Shown one piece after another: positions 30,848-44,884 of a stretch of 64,000 bases of DNA. Each line of letters opens with the position of its first letter. Position 1 is the stretch's first letter. The notes beneath the pieces are model-generated. The model searched no databases, was not told the origin of the DNA, and worked only from the letters and a program-made list of their open reading frames with translations. Source of the DNA: Macrostomum lignano (taxonomy: Eukaryota); the NCBI GenBank assembly GCA_002269645.1, contig NIVC01001828.1:1-64000 (forward strand), in the 5' to 3' direction. The translations under genes were made by a program, and so were the position numbers.

Positions 30848-30899
30848 ACTGCCAGTAGCTTCGCGGGTTAAAGATTCCATTCTTAGTGTGGTTGAGTCA

Positions 30900-31128
<229 letters not shown>

Positions 31129-32367
31129 TTTACTCTGCAAGTTCGACAAGAACTCGGAAATACACCGTTACAAAAATAACTGTGTGACTGACTATATTTT
31201 AGTATGCAATGGCAGAAATGATTTTTATCTATCTGCTTTGTAGACCATTTTATTGACTAAACGCATTTTAATATCTCAGCTGCGCAATGATATTAGCGAT
31301 AGAAATATAGATAGACAACACACTTAAGACACTGCACACTGGGCTACTTGCAGTAGGTAGGCTAGAAAGATAACTGTGCATTAATCAGAGACTATAGCAT
31401 AAGGAATTGATAGCGGTGCAGTTACTCTTAAGGATTAATTCACTTAACGGATTAAATATTTCTAAGTAAAATTTATTACATACCAATACGCTCGTACAAC
31501 ATAATTATTTAAATTACTATTATGCAGTGGCAGAATAAAACCATTTATAACAGCTTGCATACGTGATGCTACTCACTAATATATGGCATTAGTCGTTATG
31601 ACATGGTGTGACAGTTTGTAATAAGCTACAGTTAAAACTTGAAGGTGGAATCGCAAGGAGATTCTTGTCAGCCGAAAAAACGCAAAGTGCACAATGCTAC
31701 GACATTGTCTCACTGAGGTATGCACGAGAATTTCATAGATCTAGCATTTTGAGCTATCATGGTTCCCGTCCTTACTTGTGACACTACCTCAGATCAGACT
31801 CATAGCTCGCACAGCTTCAAAGGATTAAGGAAAGTTCAGGAGGTCAGGAGACAATCTTGTCAACTTAAGGTTAAAAAAATCCGGAAAGTTCCTATTTCTC
31901 CGACTTAATTATAGAGAGTCAAGGTACGATTAGATTAGACAGTCAGGGCGTGCACCCCGCATGAGCGTGTGTGAGTGCTGTGCCCACAGAATATACCAGA
32001 ATATACAGTCTATTCTGTGGACAGCTCACCTAACCGCTGTCTATGGCACTAGCTGCCTAAATCTACTACTTATCACGCGCCTCATCATTAGCAGCATATC
32101 GCGAATGTAGTTTCGGAGCAAGATTTTTTTGCGAGAGAGCTAATTCACCATTCTGTGTATATTCTGTGGCTGTGCCTGAGTACAGTATCAACACGCTTGC
32201 GTGTGCTCAGGAGTCTGCGGAATGAGCTGAATCGCCTCAGCGCTGGTTGTTGGGACGATGTCTGCGTCCTAAAAAGTGATCTAGTGCAAAGCTGTCAGTG
32301 AGGCGTTGTGCCCTCCCAGTTAGTTGAGCTGTCATCTCAGAACATGCCATCCGCAATGCGTCAGCAC

Positions 32368-35300
32368 TCAGATGTGCCTGTTGGCCAACTCATCGAAAGA
32401 ATCATCGCCGAACGCTCGTCTGTTCCGCTGCTGTGATTGCACAGTGAAGCTGCTCTGCTGCTGCTGCTGCTCGAATGCTTCATCATGAGCAGCCGACTGG
32501 AATCCGGCATCACCCTGCCAAAACTGCTCCTGCGGCTGCTGTTGCTGCTGCATACTCTGCATTGGCATCGTCTCCTCCTTCTTAGGCATTAGCCGGGCAA
32601 AAAATCCCGAACGAAGAAAGCTATCGAAGCGACTCTCGTTGAACTGCGACTTCTTGGTTTGGTAGCCCAGGCTCACGAAAAAGAAGCAGAGAATGACAGC
32701 AATCACCACGAACACGGAGTAGAATATCGGATAGGCGATTGGGTGGATCTTGTTCATCACCTGGAATGGAAGATGGACAGATGCTGTAGTCTGGTGTGCG
32801 TGAGGCCTGAGCCAATCAGGCTGTAGCCTGGTGTGCGTGAGGCCTGAGCCAATCAGGCTGTAGCCTGGTGTGCGTGAGGCCTGAGCCAATCAGGTTGAGG
32901 CAGCTAGTATCTCCAGTGTTTGTTCAAAGCTAACTGATGCTTTCAAGCAAGCTGAGTCCTTACCGCAGCCATTAGCACGGGCAGAACAGCTTCGCCAAAG
33001 GCTGCGGAGGCAACCAGAGAAGTGGCTCGGTCCCCTGAAAATGTTTTTTTGCGAATTTGCAATTAGTGAAAGCCGCATGTATAGGAGAACAGTCTTACAG
33101 CACAAGCTCTGCTCCACCAAAAGACTCACTGGTTACTTGAATGAACTGCTCAGTGAGAGCCAGCAGGGCTGGCATGCAGTGGCTAATGAAGAAGCCCGTG
33201 AGCATGGTGCTCAAGAACAGAACAGCCATACTCTTCTGGCCAATCATAAACAGCGTAGCTGAGAACAGAAGTCCAACCTGTCAAAATTTAAACAAATTGT
33301 TGAAATAAAAAATCTCCGGAACCAAATATTTGAACACGGGCCTCACCAAGTCCAGAAATATGATGTGGACGCTGGACAGCCGAGCACTTATGAAGATGCC
33401 TAACAGGCGACCAATCAGCGTGAAGCCCTGAAATAAATAAATGGTAAAAATCGAGTACTGAAAATTTCCGAAACAGCTTTTATGGTTGTCAATAATGGCA
33501 GGAGAGCTGAGAAGACCCTGGCGCAATGCCTTTGGCGACATCGCCCCACAACCAGCGCTGACGCCAGAGTCGGGGGTTCGATTCCCGATCTCGACCCACC
33601 TCGGAACAATTTGTGTCCTTGAGCAAGACACTTAACTCTGCATTGCTTGAGTTCACCCAGCTGTAAAATGGGCGCCAGCATTAGCTGGGGTAATTGAGGG
33701 TGTGTGTGGCGACCCCCCAGTCCTTGGACTGAACAGCCGTACGCAGCCTTCAGATGCGCCGCGCAATAGCTGCGGCTGAGCTGTCGGTTGCACATCTGGC
33801 CATTAGGGCAGGTGTAATCAATTATTACTGAATTATTCAGGCATGCACTAACACTCGCGCTCACACAGGGTGTACAGAAGCCCTGACTTTCTAACCCTCA
33901 GGCATGTACACTCTCTGTGCCCTGGGGGCTGGCCCTCGTGACTGTGCATCGCACGGCAACCAGGCGGGTCTTAGCGCGAGAGTGAGCTGCTCTGGGCCTT
34001 CCCGAAATAACTCAACATCGATTAGCATTTGGGCTGGGTGAGCTCGCTGGGGCAGCTTCAGCATCAGGGAGGGCAGCCTGCTCTGCTGGATGAAACAAGG
34101 CCTCAGCCTTTGAGGCTGCATGCCTTCCCGAGGGAAAATCTCACTACGATTTCCGTTCCATTTTCTTTCTGAGAAATCCCTCCACAATCGCCTCCCCTCC
34201 TCCCTTTCCCTGAGTCTCGAGTTCGCTCCGCCGCTAATCTCTACTGACAGGTCGCTCGGTCGGGCTCCTCACTTGTGGCTTGGCCCGGGACTACTCACTC
34301 GCTTCTCTGCCTCATCATGGGAAAGCTTTTTGCTTCCTCCGTGCCCCCAGAGCTGGCAAGTCATCTCTTTCTCCTTCCTCTAGAGGAAGCCAGAGCGATG
34401 CACTCCCGCCTACAGGCTGTCGCCTTCCCTGTCAGATCGCGTTGAATGTCTACTATGACGACGATAACGATACAAGAACGATATGAGCTATATTACTCAC
34501 GAACTACAGTGTACTTGAGTCGGATAAAATCGTGTCAATTATATGGCTAAGATTTTATTCTCTTATATCCTTTTCTAGATAGCAAGAGTGCAGTTATTTT
34601 GAAATACGACCAAATTAATTATGCCATAACTTCATATCTTCCACAAGCTTAACCACAACCCTGACCCTAACCCTAACTCTAACTCGCTTCGCTCGGAGAT
34701 TCTGTATGGCTCATCGCCTCGTATCAGGCGATTCTTGTTTATATGAAATGTCTTGAGATAAGATATGGAGTGTCGGAGATATGAGGTGTCGGAGATGTGA
34801 GGTGTCGGAGATATGAGGTGTCGGAGATATGAGGTGTCGGAGATGTGAGGTGTCGGAGATATGAAGTGTCGGAGATATGAAGTGTCGGAGATATGAAGTG
34901 TCGGAGATATGAAGTGTCGGAGATATGAAGTGTCGGAGATATGAAGTGTCGGAGATATGAAGTGTCGGAGATATGAAGTGTCGGAGATATGAAGTGTCGG
35001 AGATATGAAGTGTCGGAGATATGAAGTGTCGGAGATATGAAGTGTCGGAGATATGAAGTGTCGGAGATATGAAGTGTCGGAGATATGAAGTGTCGGAGAT
35101 ATGAAGTGTCGGAGATATGAAGTGTCGGAGATATGAAGTGTCGGAGATATGAAGTGTCGGAGATATGAAGTGTCGGAGATATGAAGTGTCGGAGATATGA
35201 AGTGTCGGAGATATGAAGTGTCGGCTTACCCAGAAGGTGGCCGGCAGGTAGGCAGCGCGGGCCTCGCTGTCCACAGACTGGACTGAGTGAGTCGAGAACG

Positions 35301-38300
35301 TGTAGATCAGGCTGCTGAAGGCGCCCTTCAGAGTAATTAATTTGGGTGGGCAGCTGCTGGTGTGCTTCGATTACAATTGTACATTGAAAACCTACAGGCA
35401 AACACTGCCAACTAATTGAACGAGAAGGCCTCTGTTTACAAGGCTATAACTTATGAAAAGCTGAAATTCGATCAACTGGAAGATTGGATGTTGTAGAAAG
35501 GTTTTGTAGACCAGTTAGCGATGCAGCCAGCTCGAGAACCCCTGACACGCACACAGATGCGTGTGCAGGAATGCGATCCCACCGGAGTGTACTGCGGCCC
35601 TCGCTTCCTCCTCCTCATTGGGGTAACTTTTATAAGCTCAAAGACGTCTAAAGAATCATTCGAAAGCTCAGTTTCGTCTGAAAACCCGGTGTCGGGAATT
35701 GTCGTTTTATTTTGGAAGATTACTAATAGAGGGCAAGAATGAAAATTTATCGTCGAATCGCATAGATGTTCTGATTGTGACTATTTTTCAAATCCCATTT
35801 TTACTTGTCCCGGGATCCTGTCTCGACTTGTCCCGAGATCCCCGTCCCGAATTTCCAGAGATCCCGTTCCGATGTTTCCCAAGATCCTCGTCCCGAATTT
35901 TCCCAAGATCCCCGTCCCGAATTTTCCCAAGATCCCCGTCCCGAATTTTCCCAAGATCCCCGTCCCGAATTGTCACGCGATCCCCGTCCCGAATCGTCCC
36001 AAGATCCCATTCCGACTTGTCCCGGGATCCCGTCCCGTCTGGCAAGCCGAAGCACGAACCCCTAAAGTAATGCGGCCGCGACCGGAAGTGCTTGACAAAC
36101 TCGGGAATAGAAGCTGTCTGCATGGCTACAAAGCATCGGCAACCTACCAGAAGCCCGTCCAGGGCGAAGGCGCAGGCGGATGCGAAGGCCAGCACGAGAT
36201 AGGCGGAAGGACCCTCTTCGCGTCTGTCTTCCAGCTCATCTGCAATGGGTGCAGCAGTGCGGCATTGAGAATATGCATGTAGGCTAACCAATAGTGATAT
36301 CAATTTTCACGGCAAACTTTCATCCATCAGCGTTCAAGATTATAGAGTATAATCTTGAGTATAGGATTTTTATATTTTCAGCCATAGACAAATGAAGTAG
36401 CTGAGATGAGCTGAGGGGTCCCGTGAACTTAAATTTTTCTGCAGCTCTCTGCTTCAGCGCAGCAGATATTTTTGTCTACCAACGTCGTATGATAACTGTA
36501 CCTTCTTGTTCGGCGCCACGAGTGACTTCCTGAGTCCAGCCTTCCTTGTAGGACAGGTAGAACATTGACAGCATGATGGGGATCTGCGGTTGCAATTGAG
36601 TTGTGTTATTCTTTCTCATTGGTTAGCAAAAATCTAGCCTATTATATTATTTACAACCCGACTTTGTCCCTGTCTCCACCTCACTCCCTGTCTTTCCACC
36701 TCACTCTCTATCTTTCCACCTCACTAATTGTTTCTCCAGCCCACTCCCTGTCTCTCCACCTCACTCCCTGTCTCTCCAGCCCACTCCCTGTCTCTCCACC
36801 TCACTCCCTGTCTCTCCAGCCCACTCCCTGTCTCTCCACCTCACTCCCTGTCTCTCCACCTCACTCCCTGTCTCTCCACCTCACTCCCTGTCTCTCCACC
36901 TCACTCCCTGTCTCTCCACCTCACTTCATGTCTCTCCACCTCACTCCCTGTCTCTCCACCTCACTCCCTGTCTCTCCACCTCACTCCCTGTCTCTCCACC
37001 TCACTCCCTGTCTCTCCACCTCACTCCCTGTCTCTCCAGCCCACTCCCTGTCTCTCCACCTCACTCCCTGTCTCTCCACCTCACTCCCTGTCTCTCCACC
37101 TCACTCTCTGTCTCTCCACCTCACTCCCTGTCTCTCCACCTCACTCCCTGTCTCTCCACCTCACTCCCTGTCTCTCCACCTCACTCCCTGTCTCTCCACC
37201 TCACTCCCTGTCTCTCCACCTCACTCCCTGTCTCTCCACCTCACTCCCTGTCTCTCCACCCCACTCCCTGTCTCTCCACCTCACTCCCTGTCTCTCCACC
37301 TCACTCTCTGTCTCTCCACCTCACTCCCTGTCTCTCCACCTCACTCTCTGTCTCTCCACCTCACTCCCTGTCTCTCCACCTCACTCTCTGTCTCTCCACC
37401 CCATCTCATTCCAGTCTCCAAGCCAGCCTCCCTGCGCCCACCTGTAGGACAGCGATGACGTAGAACGGATACCGGACGCGAGACAGCATCTCGCCCAGAG
37501 CCGGGTCCCTCTGCACAATGTCGCTAAGTGTCTCGGCAGAGATGGCGGACTCCAGCTCCTCGGGCAGGGAGCAGTTGCTCCACTGGCGAAACAGCGGCTT
37601 CGACATGAAGCTGCCGATGATCAGCGGCGACACCAGCGCCCCGACGCTCTGGCTGAAGAACATCGCCTGCAGGAAGGGCCCGGAGCTGTCCCTGTAGAGA
37701 AATATCATCTGCGTGTTGCAGAAGAACTCCAGGCAGCCCTCGGCCAGGCCCATCAGGCTGAAGATGAAGGCCATGCTTGGCAGGCTGGTGCAAAAGGTCA
37801 CCAGCACGAAGCAGGTGGGCACCAGCACGGACACTGCTGTCATCACAAGATTGGCCGGCACCCTGGGCATTGGGGAAGGCAAATCATTCGGTAATTAAGT
37901 AGGACAGGGAACTTTCTTTCTTAGAAAAATTTTGAAGGCTGGCCGAGAGCAAAAATGGAATTACCAAGATAGATAATTTTCTTCTTGATTTCAATTTGAT
38001 CGACTTTGCCAGTGTCATTGCGTCATTGGTTCGTGCACTAAATAAACATTCGCTTCTTTGCCCCAACGTGTCCCAATATCTAAACGAAAAAAGTAAATAC
38101 TTTTACAACGACTTCGGGTGAGTCCAAATACTTCCACAGCGCTACTGCGCGCTTGTGACAATGCGCGATTATGATTCTGCGCGCTTTTGATTCTGCGCGC
38201 TTGTGACACTGCGCGCTTATGATGCTGCGCACTTATGATTCTGCGCGCTTATAACACTGCGCTCTTCGTACCTTACCTAAATTTGGGAAATTTGACACAG

Positions 38301-38684
38301 TTAGCAAACTATTGAAGATTTTAGTAAAATAAAACGTAGATGTAGAATTTCAGCTCTCGCATCTCGTATCGACGTTCTGGACGAAAAATTCTGATTAGAG
38401 AGACAGATAATCAGTTTAGAAGATGATGTAGATTCAGCTTCTGCACGCACAGACAGACAGACAGACAGACAGAGGGGCTTGCTTACTAAACTCAATTAGG
38501 GAAATGGGAAAACAGAGCTATTCAAAAAACTTCCCTCGTATTATGGACAAGCTGACTCTGTCCTAATCCAGCCCGTCTCACACAGAGTCCGCGAGTCCGA
38601 AAGTCATTCAGTTCGGAATTGCGAAATCTTAAAAAGCCGCGTTTTTCAATTTCCATCCTGTCAGAATGAAGCCGAATTGCATTT

Positions 38685-38748
<64 letters not shown>

Positions 38749-40628
38749 AGAGAGGCAACCCAGTCTGTCCTTGAGTGTGTGGGTGTGTGGGATCAAGGAA
38801 ATTCCGCTATTTAAAGCCCTGGTCTCTGCACCCAGCCAGTCAGTCTGGCTGGAGCCCATTGTTTGATTTATCCCCAATTCCTTTGTCGGATAAAATTGCA
38901 GCATTTTACGAGAATAACATTCCGACTACGGGCTGTGCCAATGCGAGACTAGGAATGCTTCCAGCAAGCCCAAACCTCTTTTGCGAGGCTTGAAAGAAGA
39001 GAGTCCGCAGCCTGCAGGATGGAAAGAAAAAATTGAGAAAGTCCTTTTTCAAAAATATACGAGCCAGAAAAGCAGAAAGGGAGGCAGGCCTGGCCAGCAG
39101 GAAATTGCTTTTTCACCGGGACTCTGAACGCCTCCCCCTTGCTTGGCTGCACCCTCCAAGCCTCTCTCTTGAGATGTGGATGGGGGCACGAACTGAATAA
39201 GTGCGCAAGGCATCGAGCTGAGCTCAGCTAGCCAACTGCTCTCTAAGCCTTTCTGCTCATTCATCTCTGATGGGAAACGATGAGCCGATAGAGCTGCTCA
39301 AACGGGGATAAGAGAACAAACTGACGAACCTCCTCGAGCTCCCATCAGGAGTCTCCGGATCCCCGATCTTGACCTTCATCATCCACGCGGCTTTTCAGAA
39401 TCTTTTCGATTCTCTTTTTTTCTATAGAGTATTATCGTGTCAGCTGAGCCCCCGGCTACCCGCCAGTCTTCTGAGCGCACAGTTCAGAGCACTAGCTAGT
39501 GCTTATCAGCAATCGGAACTGGCTGACTGTAAATATTCGATCCTGTAGACAGAGTGAACGGGCTTGAAACCCTGGCGTACTAACTAGTGCTTTTAGCCAC
39601 TGATCCTTATTCTGCTCTGTGTGTAAGTCTTCGGGTTGGCTTAGAGCTCCTCATATATCGATTTAGTAGAGTAAAAATTATTTTAGAAAGTAAACATGAT
39701 TGTTATATTCCCGGGTAGCCCAGTCTGTCCATCTCGGTAGCCCAGTCTCTTTGGTACCTGTCCACCTCGATAGCCCAGTCTCTTTGGTACCTGTCCACCT
39801 CGATAGCCCAGTCTCTTTGGTACCTGTCCACCTCGATAGGCCAGTCTCTTTGGTACCTGTCCACCTCGATAGCCCTGTCTCTTTGGTACCTGTCCACCTC
39901 GATAGGCCAGTCTCTTTGGTACCTGTCCACCTCGATAGGCCAGTCTCTTTGGTACCTGTCCACCTCGATAGGCCAGTCTCTTTGGTACCTGTCCACCTCG
40001 ATAGCCCAGTCTCTTTGGTACCTGTCCACCTCGATAGCCCAGTCTCTTTGGTACCTGTCCACCTCGATAGGCCAGTCTCTTTGGTACCTGTCCATCTACT
40101 CAATCTCCTTAAGTGTAGCTCGCATCCACCTCAATAAGAAGTCTCTTTAAACCTGTCTCTCTTATAAACTTTAGGACTCATCGTTTCTTAAGCTCGAAAC
40201 AGTCGCAAGTGTAAAATTCGATGAAAACGAGAGCCCCGATTCCACAACAATGCAGTCACTCACTTTCTGTTGAGGAACCCCGAGAAGACTGTCATTAACA
40301 ACACGGCGATCTCGTGAAAGAACAGTATCAAAGTGGCACGCTGCTCAGAGGTGCGCGCCAGACAGGTGAGGCCGGGCAAAGCGGCGCCAATGCTGGCGTC
40401 GGACATGCCGACCAAGCAGAACAGCAGGCAGTAGTTGATGGTCTTCAGCGCGTGCCGCCGGAACTGCGGCAAATGGCTGGCGCCTTTTGAAGCTCGCCGC
40501 TGCTGCTGCGGCTCCGTGAAGGCGGTTTCGTCTTTTCCTGCCGTCTCTGGCTCGGTCGCCGCTGCCGCATACTGGACTGACGGGAACTGTTGAGTCGTCT
40601 GCTGCTGCTGCGCCCTTGACACGGCCAT
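32368..40628 (-). CDS. MFSD4: Major facilitator superfamily transporter, MFSD4/FucP-like, 582 aa, 9 exons
   Basis: Exons on the complement: 40264-40628, 37442-37862, 36502-36583, 36148-36239, 35230-35325, 33347-33427, 33130-33277, 32964-33034, 32368-32760 (1749 nt, phases all consistent). It has multiple TM helices and motifs LVGMSDASIGAAL, GPFLQAMFFSQSVGALVSPLI and AAYLPATFW/GFTLIGRLL. The subfamily call is less certain than the MFS call. Confidence 0.85.
32784..32894. repeat. 37-bp unit x3 in MFS intron 8
   Basis: ctgtagcctggtgtgcgtgaggcctgagccaatcagg repeated three times. Confidence 0.9.
33570..33825 (+). mobile_element. SINE family 1 copy with an altered 5' head, MFS intron 5
   Basis: B-box ggggttcgattccc followed by a body matching 29103-29403. 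Confidence 0.8.
33850..33960 (-). mobile_element. SINE family 2 fragment, tail-to-tail with the family 1 copy
   Basis: gtgtacagaagccctgacttt...ggcatgtacactctctgtgccctggggg matches 49010-49075 and 55415-55485. Confidence 0.6.
34770..35225. repeat. 16-bp minisatellite (gtgtcggagatatgaa), MFS intron 5
   Basis: Direct reading; ends a few nt from the donor at 35229. Confidence 0.95.
35805..36040. repeat. Degenerate ~24-bp array (cccgaattttcccaagatccccgt), MFS intron 4
   Basis: Direct reading. Confidence 0.8.
36660..37405. repeat. 20-bp minisatellite (tcactccctgtctctccacc), MFS intron 2
   Basis: Exact 20-nt period is visible. Confidence 0.95.
39715..40095. repeat. 33-bp minisatellite (cccagtctctttggtacctgtccacctcgatag), MFS intron 1
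   Basis: Direct reading. Confidence 0.95.
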
Positions 40629-41161
40629 GTCGAATGGCTGCAGTAGGATTAGCTGAGCTTCATGTAGCTTATTGATTAATATTGTTTAATTATGCAGAAT
40701 AAAAGTTCTCTACGCTGGTGCAAGCATAGAAGTCACTGTGGTGTAACTAAGAACTATATTGAATAAATAATTAATCAATCGCATGCCGGACGCCAACTAA
40801 ACTTGGGCCAAATGAGCAGAATAAGTTCTTACTTTGCCTAGTAGGCGCTCGTATGGCTTAGACTTTCTGTAATTTCTACTGTAAATCTACTGTCATTACT
40901 GTAGCTCGTATAAGATTTTCTATGAAAGATAACGGAGAATTTGCCCCCCCCCTCCAAGTCGCTGCTCACAGCTTCAACCAAAGACACGGAACAGGTTTAC
41001 GAGTAGCTGAACCCTTGGTCAGAGAAGCCCGATATTTTTCTGCATTTGGAAAGTTTTGTCTATGGTTTAAAGTACATCTTGATCGAGGTAAGGTAGCACG
41101 CTTTAGCAGGCAGAGAAATACAGAAGTTAAAATCAACATAGATTATAATTAATTCTTTCTT

Positions 41162-41198
41162 CCGACGCGTTTCGGTCCAACAATGACCATCTTCAGGG
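41162..41198 (-). ncRNA. Minimal type I hammerhead ribozyme-like motif of the Penelope-like-element type
   Basis: The minus strand reads cc-CUGAAGA-u-gguc-auuguug-gacc-GAAAC-GC-GUC-gg, with the putative cleavage triplet GUC at 41166-41164. Stem I is only 2 bp. Confidence 0.55.
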
Positions 41199-42409
41199 TC
41201 TGGTGTATTTTTAACTCACACAACAACTTTATAGTCTATGGCCCATAGACTAAGGCTGCACGCAGCCAGGCCCTTCGCAGTCAGCGTAGGCAGGATTCTC
41301 ACTTTGGATGGCTTTATTCTCAGTTAGGCTGACAAAACCAATAGGAGCGTCCTTTTCACTGAACTCGATTTCACTACAAAGAGCTACAAAGACTTGAAAA
41401 AACTGATATTGCCCTAGTGACAGCTCAGCATAATACGAACTGAATTATGGACAGACCATCGGGGCTTCACACACTCAGCCAGTGCGCTGGGTGCAGGAGC
41501 TGCTTATAAGCGGCACCTGAGCTAACTCAGTCTGTAAGCAGCAACTCTAATTGAATTGAATTAAGCGGGAAATTCTCTCTCTTACGTCGGAAGCCATGAT
41601 TGATGACGCGCGCGCCAAGACGACAAAGCGATGCAAAATTTGCTTCTCGTTACAGACAGGGCTGGTCCTGCTGGCTTAGGGCTTTTCTGTGATCGACCTG
41701 TGAAAGCCTGGGGGAGGTGGAGCAGAGCTCAGTGGACTGAACGGAACCTAGGGGCGGAGGAGAGGATCTCTCTCTCTCTCTCTCTCTCACTATTTTTAAT
41801 GCTGCGACTCAATCCGACCCACCTCCGGATGAGGCATAAAGCGAAGAGGACGGGAGGCTGGGAGGCAGAGATAGAGACGGAGGATGAAGCACATAGCGCT
41901 GCCATTGGCCGCGGATGCCCTCCTCCCAGTCCTGACGCTTGCGGCTCCGCGGGCCAAGCCAGGTGGAAATTCCACGCCCCGCCCTCAGCTCGTGCCCAGC
42001 CGGCCTCAACGCATTTTGGCATTTTTTAGGGGGAAAAATAGCAAAGCAGCGAGTAACGGGAGGAGAGAGAGGAGAGAATCTGCGCGGGATGATGAGGAAG
42101 GAAAGCAGGGATTAGGCCACAATGGCTGGGGATCAAGGGGTGAGCTGGGGACGGGGAGTAGGGCTAGTTAGTCTCAGATTATAATGGAAAGTCAGCGCGA
42201 ACGCAACGGGAGGCAGAGGCGGCTCAAATCGGGGCTTCTGAGCTGCAGCTGCTCGCGACTTGAGATACGCTTCGGCTACGCAAATGCAATCCACTGCAGA
42301 AGGCAGCAGTGATCAGATGCATTTGCTCTGCTCTTTCTGCACTGCCCAGACTTTGTATCTCCGGCATCTCTTTTCTCTTTTTCGATATGCTTCATTTCCA
42401 TCTCTTATC

Positions 42410-43000
42410 CCTATTCTATCCCCTCTCCTATCCCCTCTCTTGTCCCTCCCTATCCCCTCTCCTATCCCCTCTCTTATCCCTCTCCTACCCCCTCTCTTAT
42501 CCCTCCCTATCCCCTCTCCTATCCCCTCTCTTATCCCTCTCCTACCCCCTCTCTTATCCCTCCCTATCCCCTCTCCTATCCCCTCTCTTATCCCTCTCCT
42601 ATCCCCTTTCTTATCCTTTCCCGATCCCTCCACTATCCCCTCTCCTGTCCCCTCTCCTATCCCCTCTCCTATCCCCTCTCTTATCCCCTCTCCTATCCCC
42701 TCTCCTATCCCCTCTCTTATCCCCTCTCCTATCCCCTCTCCTATCCCCTCTCTTATCCCCTCTCCTATCCCCTCTCTTGTCCCTCCCTATCCCCTCTCCT
42801 ATCCCCTCTCTTATCCCTCTCCTACCCCCTCTCTTATCCCTCCCTATCCCCTCTCCTATCCCCTCTCTTATCCCTCTCCTATCCCCTTTCTTATCCTTTC
42901 CCGATCCCTCCACTATCCCCTCTCCTATCCCCTCTCCTATCCCCTCTCTTATCCCCTTTCCAACCCCTCTCCTACCCCTATCCTAATCCCCTCCCTATTT
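42410..43000. repeat. 12-bp pyrimidine array (atcccctctcct)
   Basis: Direct reading. Confidence 0.9.
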
Positions 43001-43809
43001 CCTACCCCCATCTATTTACTAATTCCTTCTCTATCCACCCATATCCCTCTCTTCTGTTTACTTCCCCTCTCAAACCTCATTTCTATCCTCTATGCTCCAC
43101 TCCTCTCTGAGCTATCCGCCTCTATGATTGTCATGTAAGCTAACTAACTAGCAAGGGCTAGATGTACAGCCAAGCTCAGTCGCAGAGTCATAAAGCTAAT
43201 CAGCTCAATTAGCAATAGTTTGGCTGCATGTCATTCCAAATTATCGGAGATGATAAAGTGTCTGGACAAATTTAGAACGAATAAAAACAAAAAGCAAGAT
43301 ATAAATTGATGAATGCACTGACTACCAAACAGCGAAATACTAGCTCTTATGTCTCTGCACTGTCAGTCATTGCTCCAACAATAAATGTTTATTTGTTAAA
43401 TAATTTTATTCAATTTTTAGGATACTGATGCAGTAAAGCATAAGACTGAGGTTCCTAGCTCAGCAGTTCGGTATTGCAGTTAGCTTGTCCTATATATATA
43501 TACAATGGTGCGAGATGACAATAACACATTATTTAGTCAACTTCGTGGGATAATTATTGCTAAAGGCATGCAATGACTGACCATCTACTCGTAACTCAGC
43601 GAGAGGGTGTATTGGAGCAAAGTTCAAAGAACCACAATAAGCACTATAAAATAGCCGTTGAACTTTGCAATACAAACCAAAAAAGCAAGCAGATGGGCAG
43701 ATTGCCCAGCAAGTCCAGGGAGGGGGGGGGGTTAACGTTGACTGCAATCTTATTTTACTAATTTCTCCGTTTCCCTCTCGTACATAACCTTGCCTGTATG
43801 ATTGGCCAG

Positions 43810-44125
43810 CAACCATGTACACTGCTGCCCCGCTCAACCTCTTTGCCCACCTGAATTCTATTGCCTACAATGTACACTGTTTTTCTACCCCGAACCCCCC
43901 TGAAATTTACACCGCACGTCTAGATTCTATTGCCTACAATTTACACTGTTTTTCTACCCCGAACCCCCTGAAATGTACACCGCACGTCCAGATTCGTACA
44001 CTGTTTTTCTACCCGGAACCCCCCTGAAATGTACACCGCACGTCTAGATTCTATTGCCTACAATGTACACTGTTTTTCTACCCCGAACCCCCCCCCCTGA
44101 AATGTACACTGCCCGTCGAAATTCA
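43810..44125. repeat. Imperfect ~55-70-bp tandem repeat (attctattgcctacaatgtacactgtttttctaccccgaaccccc...)
   Basis: About four degenerate copies. Confidence 0.75.
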
Positions 44126-44884
44126 GTCTAATCTATCTGACCCAAATTCTAAGTTTTTTTTAAATCAAGACCAAAATACCCTTCATTATCTTTCGACACC
44201 ATTGCAAACAAACATTTTCTAGCATAAAGCGTGCCAATGACCAATGAGTCCCGTCTGCTATCAAGCAATCTTGGAGAGCTCTCTCGCCAAATGAAAAGAT
44301 TTTCCCCTATATTACAAGGTTGGTTAAAGCCAAAAGAAATGCATGCCGCAACGATGCATTAATTTGATATTTCATTCGCACTGACGATGTCAAGGGGACA
44401 GCAAAAGCAAGACGAATTGAACTAGAAAGAGAACCTACCTACTTATAGTAGCTATCGACAGATGAACAAGCTCGGCTGATTTTGACGCAGAAACTTACTA
44501 AGCGGCTAAGAAATTTTCCGATTTTTTGGCAGTGAATCTTGCAATAGAAGTGAGCCGTTCTTTCTCAGTCAGTCAAAAAGTAGGGTAGATTGCCATTCTG
44601 AATACTGATAGAGTGTCAAGGTGTGAAGCGCAATCTACACTGCACGGGAACTCGCATTGAGCTACATGCAGCAATCCGCAAAGATGAATATAACGCGCTA
44701 AAATGTTTACTAGAAAAATTTACCGCATCAACGAAAAGGGTGGAGAAGGGGAGGCGGCGAGTTAAGGCAGCGAAACTTGGTGCGAATTGTGCAACAATGC
44801 GAACAAGTACAAGCCTAATAAAGATATTGCAATGCTTTGCTTCAGAGTTCGTTAGCGATTTCCTGATAGATTGATCCCTATCTA

